Source: a virus. From it: DNA of 51,506 nt. Both the position numbers and the translations under genes were made by a program. The stretch lies in IMG/VR virus record IMGVR_UViG_3300045988_081631; one strand, 5' to 3'. A model generated the notes under the pieces. That model had not been told where the DNA came from and made no database searches. It saw only the letters and a list, made by a program, of their open reading frames with translations. Below, piece after piece: positions 27,770 through 35,726 of this stretch (position 1 is its first letter; the number at the start of each line of letters is the position of its first letter).

Positions 27770-27817
27770 TTTTCCTGAAAATTCTGATTTCGAAAAATGG
27801 CTGGAGGAGTTTGAAAA
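27770..27817. repeat. about 47-nt imperfect direct repeat, copy 2, directly downstream of the terS stop
   Basis: See copy 1. Confidence 0.8.
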
Positions 27818-27821
27818 CTTA

Positions 27822-28439
27822 TCATTCAACTTGCACGTCGTCATCGTCGCCGCCAACACCGAGCTGCTTTACAATCTCCTCGCGGCTCATTGCCGGGTGC
27901 TCGCTTTCGGTGTTCGTGCCGATGTCAACTGTCTGCTTATTGACCAAGCCATAATAATTACATCCGCGAAAGATATACGGAATGGCCGGAATCTTGCCAG
28001 TTGTGACCAAAGTTGCGTCCAAAGTTGCAAGAATCTCTCTAGCCTTTTGGGCGATGTCCTGTGTAGTGAAACCTGATTCCGTGTCCTGAAATCCCTTCAC
28101 CGCCCCCGTAGACCACTGGTGCAGCGTTTTCCGCGAATATCCGCAGTATAGCCCAAGTCCTTCCCACGTCGGCGGGACTTCTTCGTCAATACAGTACCGA
28201 AAATAGTCGTCAATTCTTTCCATCAGTTCTTTGTTGGAGTTCACCTTCTTCATTCTCATGAACCCTGAAACCCTTTGAAGCACACCTGCCATGTAATGTC
28301 TATTCTCATCACTGCTCATGATGATTTTTTCTGCTTGACATTGAGGCGGAACATTTTTCATGCTTGTGAAAGGTTTTGTTTCTTTGTTTGGTTCCTTGAA
28401 CCAAACCTCTCTTTCTGCATCCTTCTTTGTTCTTGCCAT
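27822..28439 (-). CDS. terS: terminase small subunit
   Basis: 205 aa. ELMERIDDYFRYCIDEEVPPTWEGLGLYCGYSRKTLHQW is the typical terS HTH region; acidic tail. Confidence 0.75.
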   Translation of the reverse strand: MARTKKDAEREVWFKEPNKETKPFTSMKNVPPQCQAEKIIMSSDENRHYMAGVLQRVSGFMRMKKVNSNKELMERIDDYFRYCIDEEVPPTWEGLGLYCGYSRKTLHQWSTGAVKGFQDTESGFTTQDIAQKAREILATLDATLVTTGKIPAIPYIFRGCNYYGLVNKQTVDIGTNTESEHPAMSREEIVKQLGVGGDDDDVQVE

Positions 28440-28569
28440 TATTGCTCTCCTTTGCGTTTATTTGCCCTTCTAACTGGATTTGTAATGTTTGATGATAGTT
28501 TTTTCTAGATTCGTTTTTATTCGCGTCCTTCGGCCATTTACGCGCCATGTAGAAATCCGTGGAAAAACT

Positions 28570-28794
28570 CTATTCGCCTTCTTTCATCATGTCTTCCATT
28601 CTGCATCCCAGCCGTTCACAGATTCTCACCCACATCTGCACCTTTCCCGTTGAACCTTTCCCATTTTCCAGCTTCCACAGCGTATTTTTATGTACGCCAC
28701 ATACAATTGCCATCTGTTCCAGCGAATACCCGCTTTCTTTACGCAATCGGTGGAGGTTTTTTCCCATGATCTCCGCAATGTCACTCATAGGCAT
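28570..28794 (-). CDS. XRE-family helix-turn-helix regulator
   Basis: NLHRLRKESGYSLEQMAIVCGVHKNTLWKLENGK. Confidence 0.8.
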   Translation of the reverse strand: MPMSDIAEIMGKNLHRLRKESGYSLEQMAIVCGVHKNTLWKLENGKGSTGKVQMWVRICERLGCRMEDMMKEGE

Positions 28795-28979
28795 TCTCCT
28801 TTCCCTGCTCCCATATTCATGTTAGCAACATTGATTCCATATGGAGGGTCTACAATAGCAAGCTCAAAATACTTATCTGGAAAGTGCTTCATCCCGTCCA
28901 TGCAGTCCATCTTATAAAAACCAAAATCAAGAATATAATCACCTCCTCGCCTTTTTCTGAAACTTTTCCCAGCGCTCAT
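28785..28979 (-). pseudogene. N-terminal remnant of an N6/N4 DNA methyltransferase (stops about 15 aa after the DPPY motif)
   Basis: YKMDCMDGMKHFPDKYFELAIVDPPYGINVANMNMGAGKGECL stop. Full-length enzymes of this type are more than 200 aa. Confidence 0.65.
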
Positions 28980-29130
28980 GACTGCGCTTTCTGCCCATGC
29001 CTTCTATACAAGCTGTGTATCGGTTTTCCAGCGCTTGCTTCCGTCCGTCGGCATACGCCTTGTATCTCTCGCATCCCGCGTGGCAGCCGACCTCGCGGCT
29101 CACGCAGTCGCGGCATGGGGCGTCATTCAC
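28939..29130 (-). CDS. small Cys-rich protein (63 aa)
   Basis: CRDCVSREVGCHAGCERY. Confidence 0.5.
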   Translation of the reverse strand: MNDAPCRDCVSREVGCHAGCERYKAYADGRKQALENRYTACIEGMGRKRSHERWEKFQKKARR

Positions 29131-29456
29131 GGCTTTTTCGCCTCCATGTACTCCGGCAATACCTGCCGCCAGTCTTCAACCCGCATCATCTGCGATGTGC
29201 AGCGCATTGAATCAGTAGAAATCTGCTGGATGACGCGCAGAAATGCGCTCATCCTCTCGTGATCGTCCACCAGCACGCGCACCTCTTCAAACAGCCTTGG
29301 CAGCTTGTTCCAGACGGACGCGATGTTGTCTATCGCCTGCTCGTACGTAATTCCCTTGTCAGTGTGCAGCAACATATTACCGTTCTCAGTTGCAATCCGC
29401 AGATTGCCGACGTTTCGCCAGTCTTTGGCCATCTCGTCCAGTTCTTTATAAGTCAT
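29127..29456 (-). CDS. hypothetical protein
   Basis: ATG 29456 after GGGGGAGG. Confidence 0.5.
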   Translation of the reverse strand: MTYKELDEMAKDWRNVGNLRIATENGNMLLHTDKGITYEQAIDNIASVWNKLPRLFEEVRVLVDDHERMSAFLRVIQQISTDSMRCTSQMMRVEDWRQVLPEYMEAKKP

Positions 29457-29515
29457 TGTGTGTTCGCCTCCCCCGCGTTTCTCTTTTTGCATTTCATCTC
29501 TGCCGCATCAAGCAC

Positions 29516-29710
29516 TTATCCTTCACGATCCATAATATCCTTCAAATCTTTTGCGCATTTGTCTGTAAAACTTATCCCGCGACACTTTGCCCCACAATAT
29601 ATGCATGTGCCGTAAATAAACCACTTTCCATCTTCATGGCGCCATGCGTCAAATTCAAGCCTCGTATGGCGGCATAGCTTCTGCCGGAGTTTAGTCATCA
29701 GCTTTTCCAC
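29516..29710 (-). CDS. small Zn-ribbon-like protein
   Basis: GTG 29710 after GGAGGG; the protein is Cys-rich (C..H......CIYCGAKC). Confidence 0.45.
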   Translation of the reverse strand: MEKLMTKLRQKLCRHTRLEFDAWRHEDGKWFIYGTCIYCGAKCRGISFTDKCAKDLKDIMDREG

Positions 29711-29731
29711 GGTGTTCCCTCCATTTCCCAC

Positions 29732-30139
29732 TTATCTCCACCTCATCGAACATTTGTGCTTTACGCAGTCCTCTAAAATCCGCTTGAAATCCTTGAATCC
29801 GGAGTTGGGTCTTGCCGCATAGCCGTATGCAAGCTCATCGTCGTAATCGCCGATGATTTTCAGCAGCTTCCGGCATGTCCTCCATGTGACGTAACCATCG
29901 CAATCCGATTGCAAGCAAAAAATTATAACGTGCGGTGAGACTTTTCCCGACCAAATCAAGCGTTCGGTTTCAAGATCAAACGTCAGGAAATCCGAAAACA
30001 TCAGATCATCCAGCTTTGTGTAATGGTTAAAAAACGGCTCTCCCGCAAGTTCGGCAATCTTACGCCGAAGACGATTAAATCCGATGTAGCCTAAATCCAT
30101 GCTCCTTTTTGTATATTCGCATACAAGTGTTACGCCCAT
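29732..30139 (-). CDS. hypothetical protein (135 aa)
   Basis: ORF track, co-oriented and tightly packed. Confidence 0.5.
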   Translation of the reverse strand: MGVTLVCEYTKRSMDLGYIGFNRLRRKIAELAGEPFFNHYTKLDDLMFSDFLTFDLETERLIWSGKVSPHVIIFCLQSDCDGYVTWRTCRKLLKIIGDYDDELAYGYAARPNSGFKDFKRILEDCVKHKCSMRWR

Positions 30140-30717
30140 GGTGTCCCCTCCATTTCTTCCTTGGTCGGCTTGCGCAGCCAGCAGCGCCAGTTTTTACCAT
30201 ACGTATCTGAGATATCCCGTCTCAAATCAACATTTCCATCGCCAGCATACATAAAGCCCTCTTCTACAAACGCTGGTTCTCCTTCATCATCAAATGGGCC
30301 GTATCTGTTTTCGCTCCATAAAAATCCAGTATAGACTTTCAGCTCTTCCAGCGTTAGTATATGGTTCTTCGGCTCGACGCGCTTGAGTGCCAGATCAAGA
30401 CCTTCTTTTTCATTTTGCCCATATGGCGATTTCCACCCGCAATCAAGACAAACGAAGAAGAATTTATGAAAATCTTCTCTGAGTACCATTTCTCGTCCGC
30501 ATCCGGGGCATTTAGGCGTTTCGCTCATCGCTCTTTCCTCCATTTTCGCTTCAAGCCGCTCGATGTAGTCGAGCGCATCGGCGACGATATCTTTCGAGCA
30601 ACCGAAGGTCACGCCGTCAACGCTGAACGTCCGCCCCTGCTCATAGGGGCAATCGTGACACGCCCTTCCATTTCTGTGACATTTAAGTGCTTTCTTGATC
30701 TCATCAGGCGTTTTCAT
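30130..30717 (-). CDS. hypothetical protein with an internal Lar-like Zn ribbon
   Basis: Starts MKTPDEIKKALKC; internal KCPGCGREMVL...FVCLDCGWKS. Confidence 0.55.
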   Translation of the reverse strand: MKTPDEIKKALKCHRNGRACHDCPYEQGRTFSVDGVTFGCSKDIVADALDYIERLEAKMEERAMSETPKCPGCGREMVLREDFHKFFFVCLDCGWKSPYGQNEKEGLDLALKRVEPKNHILTLEELKVYTGFLWSENRYGPFDDEGEPAFVEEGFMYAGDGNVDLRRDISDTYGKNWRCWLRKPTKEEMEGTPWA

Positions 30718-30967
30718 CGTTCTTCCTCCTTTTTCGCTCCTTCTCGATCTCCGCCAGAAACTCCGCCCACATCGGCGCGTCTCCCAGATTGTCAGCCTCG
30801 GCGATATCCCGCGCCATCACATACAGCGTATTATCGCTCAGCGCCGGCAAGAACGGCTTGATAAAGCTCATTACACTCCACGGCATGTAGGTACGCTGCC
30901 CCAGACAGTAGCGCACTGCGCAGATGCAGACAAGGCAGAAGCCATCTGTGTTAAAAATATTAATCAT
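30704..30967 (-). CDS. hypothetical protein
   Basis: ATG 30967 after GGAGG. The C-terminus ..AEIEKERKRRKNDENA is paralogous to the end of the 33015..33344 product. Confidence 0.5.
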   Translation of the reverse strand: MINIFNTDGFCLVCICAVRYCLGQRTYMPWSVMSFIKPFLPALSDNTLYVMARDIAEADNLGDAPMWAEFLAEIEKERKRRKNDENA

Positions 30968-31607
30968 GGGTTTCCTCCACTGCATTTTGGAATCTGACAT
31001 AATCCTCAGCCCGTTCTTTGCTCAAAAAGACTGGTCTCCAACGGTAACCCTTTAAAATCTCTTCATTGTCAAGTTCGTCCCGGAAATTTTTCACAGAGTA
31101 TCTGACTTCATCTTCTCCCTTTTGGAGAATATAGATAGGTGATATTCGTTCTTCCCCATAATGACTGCAAGTTTCAATTTCATAAAGCGGAATTTCGCGC
31201 AGAAAATAACGTAGTACTTTGCAAGAGCAAGAACAAGGTTCTGTAAGTTCTTTCCCAGACGGTGATTTAAAATGGATTTTCCTCTCGTCGTCGCACTTGT
31301 CACATTTAACGTGCGAGTATTCGTATTTGCAATCAACAAGATACGCGCATTTCTGAACATCTTTCAAAAGCTCTTTGAGCCGGGTGTGCCGAATTTCTTT
31401 AATCTTTTCGTCCCAATTTTTCTTGATAATATCTAGTTCTTTAATCTGAGCTCTGAGACAATCGTTCTCATTTTGGAGATTTTTAACCTGAAATTGCAGT
31501 TCTTCAAAAGTGCTGCGCCTCCATTTTTCGGCAAACTGTCGGAACGCTTCGTACGTCTCAGGATCGCTGAAAGTCGGGAACTCCTCATCCGAATAATATT
31601 CGCTCAT
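30960..31607 (-). CDS. hypothetical protein (215 aa) with a coiled coil and Cys cluster
   Basis: ORF track. Confidence 0.55.
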   Translation of the reverse strand: MSEYYSDEEFPTFSDPETYEAFRQFAEKWRRSTFEELQFQVKNLQNENDCLRAQIKELDIIKKNWDEKIKEIRHTRLKELLKDVQKCAYLVDCKYEYSHVKCDKCDDERKIHFKSPSGKELTEPCSCSCKVLRYFLREIPLYEIETCSHYGEERISPIYILQKGEDEVRYSVKNFRDELDNEEILKGYRWRPVFLSKERAEDYVRFQNAVEETHD

Positions 31608-32005
31608 TGCTTTTCCTCCTTCGGCAGCTCTGGCAGCGGCAGCACCCTGTTCGTTATTGCGTCCTCGTGCTTCCGTAGCCTGTCACGCAGATGCCCATAT
31701 CCACTGAGCGCCGCGTATACCGTTGCAACGGGGCAGTTATCAAAGACGCAATCGATGAGAAGCTCGTCCTTTTCCTCGTCGGTCATGGTCTGGTTCGCAA
31801 GCTCCGAACATCCAAACTCCGGACAAAGCTTTTTTAAGCAGAAATCCGTAATAGGCATACCATCCGTGCCATCTTCACTGTAACGGATGTAGCTCCACCC
31901 GTCTTTTCCGTATACCAAATTGAGCATCACCTCAAAATTACCTTTCGGGTCATCTGTTACCATCTTCGGTAACTCGTAAACGGATTCCTTTTGATTCTCA
32001 CTCAT
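31604..32005 (-). CDS. hypothetical protein
   Basis: ATG 32005 (MSENQKES..), after the stop of the upstream gene at 31998. Confidence 0.5.
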   Translation of the reverse strand: MSENQKESVYELPKMVTDDPKGNFEVMLNLVYGKDGWSYIRYSEDGTDGMPITDFCLKKLCPEFGCSELANQTMTDEEKDELLIDCVFDNCPVATVYAALSGYGHLRDRLRKHEDAITNRVLPLPELPKEEKQ

Positions 32006-32318
32006 GGCTTTCTTCCTCCTTTGGCGGCTCCGGCAGCGGCATCCAGTGAGTAACTGCAAAATCACCACCGTGCAACCGATTCCACCATATACCAGCTTCA
32101 AACCACAAAATATCTGTAAATCTGGTTTTCGCGACGCCATCAAACCGGCAGACAAGGCATCTACTCACATTCTCCGGCAACCTCTCGCTGCACAGAATCC
32201 ACCTAGTCCGCTCCAACGCCTCCATGCCCATTCGGCAGGCTTCGTTCACCTCGTCCATGCCGTCATAATGCTCCCGGTGCTCCGGGTTCAAAATTTGAAT
32301 CGCTCGGTCAATTTCCAT
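31998..32318 (-). CDS. DUF551-like phage protein
   Basis: WILCSERLPE.....THWMPLPEPP pattern (recollection). Confidence 0.5.
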   Translation of the reverse strand: MEIDRAIQILNPEHREHYDGMDEVNEACRMGMEALERTRWILCSERLPENVSRCLVCRFDGVAKTRFTDILWFEAGIWWNRLHGGDFAVTHWMPLPEPPKEEESHE

Positions 32319-32499
32319 CGTTGCCCTCCACTAAATCCAGCCCATCGACAGCATAGCCGCCAGCTTTCCCTTCCAGCTTAACCACCAAGGTGCCGCAACA
32401 GTCCCACTGATCAGACCTCACCGTCCATATCTTCCCACGGTTTTCCTCGCTCACATAGTAGCGATTGTTCATTGTGACCTTATCTCCCGGTTTTAACAT
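32308..32499 (-). CDS. small hypothetical protein
   Basis: ATG 32499, 1 nt after the upstream stop. Confidence 0.45.
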   Translation of the reverse strand: MLKPGDKVTMNNRYYVSEENRGKIWTVRSDQWDCCGTLVVKLEGKAGGYAVDGLDLVEGNDGN

Positions 32500-32500
32500 G

Positions 32501-32824
32501 TTATTTCTCCTCCAAATCCATTTTTGTGCCGCAGTTGGGGCAGAAGTTCCAATCGCCAATGTCGAAAAAGGTAAAATCACGCATAACCATCACGCCGCAC
32601 TTTGGGCATTTGAGATAATCGTGATCCTCAATCCACCGCCCATGCTGCACCGGCTCCACGTCGACGGTGGGGATCGCTTCAAGTTTATCCAACATTTCCT
32701 GCAATATATCGTACTTATCTGCATCGGCTGCAAACTTTCTGCCCCATAACCCAACTGGGCATAGCTTCTTTTGCTCACCTTCGATTACCGCACTCGCCGC
32801 CTCCCGGCTGATGTAATCACTCAT
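32501..32824 (-). CDS. hypothetical Zn-ribbon protein
   Basis: Starts MSDYISREAA; contains CPKCG...CPNCG. Confidence 0.5.
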   Translation of the reverse strand: MSDYISREAASAVIEGEQKKLCPVGLWGRKFAADADKYDILQEMLDKLEAIPTVDVEPVQHGRWIEDHDYLKCPKCGVMVMRDFTFFDIGDWNFCPNCGTKMDLEEK

Positions 32825-33028
32825 GTTCAGCCCTCCGATTCCACGCTTCACGCGCTTTTTCTGGGAGATATGTAAGCCCAGATGTTGCGCAGCACCTATT
32901 GCATACCACGGTATACGTCCAATGCCGTTTTTCCGTATCTTCGACCGCTTCATGGTCAACGTTTATCTCTGCCTCGCCCCCCCGCAAAACGGGCAGGGCT
33001 TAAATTTGATCTCGTCAGGCGTTTTCAT
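32817..33028 (-). pseudogene. Lar-family (restriction alleviation-like) gene interrupted at a G7 homopolymer
   Basis: MKTPDEIKFKPCPFCGG then a stop after 21 codons. The other frame continues EAEINVDHEAVEDTEKRHWTYTVVCNRCCATSGLTYLPEKAREAWNRRAEHE. Confidence 0.65.
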
Positions 33029-33344
33029 CGCTCTCCCTCCGTTTCCGCTCCTTCTCGATCTCCGCCGCCAGCTTTTCCAGCATGTCGGCTGCTTGCGGAT
33101 TTATGATGCTGCCGCAGTCGTAAAACCCATAAAGTGCGCAACCTGTGCAACTCGCGCTATCGCAGAGCCTCAGCGACTTGACCAGCTCTTCCACGCTCAA
33201 CTGCGGAATTTCGGGCTGCTTTTCGGCACATTCGGCATACTTGCACACCTCCGGGTACTCGCTCGTCGGGCACACATCGCCGCGATACGGACACTCGCCA
33301 TTGGTGCAGACACCTTCAAAATCGGCGTACCATTTGCATTTCAT
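33015..33344 (-). CDS. Cys-rich hypothetical protein (109 aa)
   Basis: ORF track. Confidence 0.5.
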   Translation of the reverse strand: MKCKWYADFEGVCTNGECPYRGDVCPTSEYPEVCKYAECAEKQPEIPQLSVEELVKSLRLCDSASCTGCALYGFYDCGSIINPQAADMLEKLAAEIEKERKRRESDENA

Positions 33345-33347
33345 CCG

Positions 33348-33542
33348 TTACTCCTCCATCGCGTCCAAATCATCCACCAACTCTAGAAGATGCGCTCTAA
33401 CCTGTTTCACGTCGCGCTTGATAGCCTCCTTGGAGTGGGTTTTTCGCCCATAGCATCCCCATCCCGGTTTATAGTGTTCAACGGCTTCAGACAACTCTTG
33501 TACTTCCAGCGCAATCATGCTTATTCTTTCTTCTGCGGTCAT
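33348..33542 (-). CDS. small hypothetical protein
   Basis: ATGA coupling to the MazG stop; GGAGG RBS. Confidence 0.45.
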   Translation of the reverse strand: MTAEERISMIALEVQELSEAVEHYKPGWGCYGRKTHSKEAIKRDVKQVRAHLLELVDDLDAMEE

Positions 33543-33901
33543 TTCCCGTGCCTCCACTCTCGCCCTCGGTTGATCTCCATCTTCTCCCGCACCGCCTTGT
33601 CAATGTCGATGCCCAGATACCCGGCGGCGGACAGCGCCGTGATGATAACGTCCGCCAGCTCCTCACGGAAGTGATCTGCGTCTTCCGTCGCAAAGATAAG
33701 CTCGCGAATTTCCATCGAAATGAACAAAGCGGCAATCACGTTCTTTCTAGTTTCGTCGCTGTTTGCATAAGTAATCACGTCAGCTATGCCGCTTTTTCTG
33801 AAATCCTCATTCGTTGCTATCAGCTTCCAAACATGCATTTCGTCCCACAGCCCATGTTTCACCGCGTCATCGTAGATTTCATCGCGCAATTCGTTCAGCA
33901 T
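33539..33901 (-). CDS. MazG-like nucleotide pyrophosphohydrolase
   Basis: Helical. Acidic motifs EIRELIFATEDADHFREELADVIITAL. ATG 33901 after GGAGGG. Confidence 0.6.
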   Translation of the reverse strand: MLNELRDEIYDDAVKHGLWDEMHVWKLIATNEDFRKSGIADVITYANSDETRKNVIAALFISMEIRELIFATEDADHFREELADVIITALSAAGYLGIDIDKAVREKMEINRGREWRHGK

Positions 33902-33915
33902 GCTCTTTCCCTCCA

Positions 33916-34368
33916 TCAAAACGGCAATTCTTCGTCGTCCACCTGCGTGAACCCGCCAAAATCGTTGTGTGGTTGCGGCGCATAGGCCGTCCCGCTGTCT
34001 TTGCTCGCCGCCGTCGTGTATACCCCCGGCGCGCTCTGTGTGCTGCCCTGCTGGTTCTGCGACAGGAATTCCACCTCGTCGGCGACGATATCCCACGCCG
34101 TCCGCTTGCTTCCGTCCTTCACCTCGTAGGTTCGGGTCTGGATGCTGCCCGTCACGGCCACTTTGCGCCCTTTGGCAAGATACTTGCCGCACAGCTCGGC
34201 CAACTGCCGCCACGCGATGACGTTCAGAAAATCCGTTTCTTGTTCGCCGTTTGCGTTCTTAAACCTCCGATTGACCGCAATTGTGAAGTTGCAGACCGCA
34301 ACACCGGATTGCGTGGATCGCATCTCCGGGTCGCGGGTCAGATTGCCGATCAGAAAAACCTTGTTCAT
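33916..34368 (-). CDS. ssb: single-stranded DNA-binding protein
   Basis: MNKVFLIGNLTRDPEMR...; C-terminal acidic tip DDEELPF. Confidence 0.9.
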   Translation of the reverse strand: MNKVFLIGNLTRDPEMRSTQSGVAVCNFTIAVNRRFKNANGEQETDFLNVIAWRQLAELCGKYLAKGRKVAVTGSIQTRTYEVKDGSKRTAWDIVADEVEFLSQNQQGSTQSAPGVYTTAASKDSGTAYAPQPHNDFGGFTQVDDEELPF

Positions 34369-34739
34369 GCTTTTCCCTCCAAGTATTTTTTTATATATTC
34401 CGCAGCATCGCACCATCCCCGGCACACCGCCGCGCAATAGCCTTGTTTTTGCAAGTCATGCAGCCATAGCTTTTGACAGTCGCTGACCGTCCCGCCCTTC
34501 GTGCGCTTCATCTCGACAAAAAGCCCGTGAAACTCTCCGCGCGGGACGGGCAGGAAGATGTCAGGCACTCCGCTTTTCAGCCCCTCAGCTTTCATTCTGC
34601 CGCCCGTCATCCAGCTTCGTTTTCCCTCGTTGGGGATGTGAAACATCAGCGCCAATTCCGGGTACTTCCCGCATTGCATCGCTGCCCAGCGGAAAAGGGT
34701 CTGCTGTTCTTCGGATTCAGTCGGCGTTGTGTTTCTCAC
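34365..34739 (-). CDS. VRR-NUC domain nuclease
   Basis: ESEEQQTLFRW....GVPDIFL....FVEMKR; GTG start overlapping the upstream stop. Confidence 0.7.
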   Translation of the reverse strand: MRNTTPTESEEQQTLFRWAAMQCGKYPELALMFHIPNEGKRSWMTGGRMKAEGLKSGVPDIFLPVPRGEFHGLFVEMKRTKGGTVSDCQKLWLHDLQKQGYCAAVCRGWCDAAEYIKKYLEGKA

Positions 34740-34945
34740 TCTTTCTTCGCCTCCCACTGCTGCCTTTGAAACGTCCTCATGCAGGTGTACCGGCAAAAAT
34801 ACTTACATTTTCCTTTTTTGTCAGTAATCTTATAGGCATAGATCATCGGATATGCCGTCACAAACTTAGTGCCGCACATGGGGCAAGTTCTGGAGGTTAA
34901 TACTTGATCAAGCGCCCCTCTCGGCATTTTGCTTTTCCTGCTCAT
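34736..34945 (-). CDS. small Zn-ribbon protein
   Basis: CPMCG....CRYTC. Confidence 0.5.
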   Translation of the reverse strand: MSRKSKMPRGALDQVLTSRTCPMCGTKFVTAYPMIYAYKITDKKGKCKYFCRYTCMRTFQRQQWEAKKE

Positions 34946-35724
34946 ATCGGCAGTCTCTCCTGCGTCGCTTTCGGCGCGTACAAATCAAGGAAAAACCGCT
35001 GGCCTTTCCCGGTGATTAGCGGTGTTTTGTTGATCTGGATACCGCTGCTTCTGGAAATCGTACTCTCATGCACCCGCATCAACCCCATATCCATGCTTTT
35101 CTGTGACGGGACGTTCCAGTTTCGGCCTTTTGAGTTTAGCCATTTATCATTTCGTAGCCTTTCAAACAGCCGTCTTTCTCCGATATCTAGCCCCGCCTGA
35201 TTCAGAATTTTGGCCAGCGTCCCGATTGAGATACAGGTTTCCGCTTTCTCCACGGTTTCGGCAAACAGAACCTTCGGCGCGTCTGCTTTGATCTTTTCGT
35301 TCGCCGCTTCGAGCTGCTTGTTCCGCTCGGCAATCTTCCGCTGCGCAACCATCAGCGCGTTTGCCAGCAGCTGGTCGTCGTCCATCGTTTCCTGTCCGGC
35401 GATATACCCGCCCGTCTTGCGGATCTCCGGAATAACCTCGTGGGTAATCCAGCGCTTGAAGGCTTTCGCTTCGGGCTTGCGGCTACCAAGAATCAAAGCG
35501 TAAAGCCCCGGTTCGTTGACGGCATTCACGGGAAGCCCGTTGCTCGCACCCTCGATTGAAACTAGGGTGCGTTCATCCTCATCCAAACGCTTAATAACAT
35601 CGCTGCTGTTCCCCAGTCCCAGCGCCCTGCACACATCCGCCGCCACAAACCACGGTTCACCTTCCAGTGTCACGGCGCGCACCGCGCCGAACTCATCCTT
35701 GCGAAAAATCGTTACATCGTTCAT
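34942..35724 (-). CDS. antirepressor (Bro-N plus KilA-C/ANT domains)
   Basis: FGAVRAVTLEGEPWFVAADVCRALGL (Bro-N); the C-terminus is an ANT-type DNA-binding region. Confidence 0.8.
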   Translation of the reverse strand: MNDVTIFRKDEFGAVRAVTLEGEPWFVAADVCRALGLGNSSDVIKRLDEDERTLVSIEGASNGLPVNAVNEPGLYALILGSRKPEAKAFKRWITHEVIPEIRKTGGYIAGQETMDDDQLLANALMVAQRKIAERNKQLEAANEKIKADAPKVLFAETVEKAETCISIGTLAKILNQAGLDIGERRLFERLRNDKWLNSKGRNWNVPSQKSMDMGLMRVHESTISRSSGIQINKTPLITGKGQRFFLDLYAPKATQERLPI

Positions 35725-35726
35725 GC

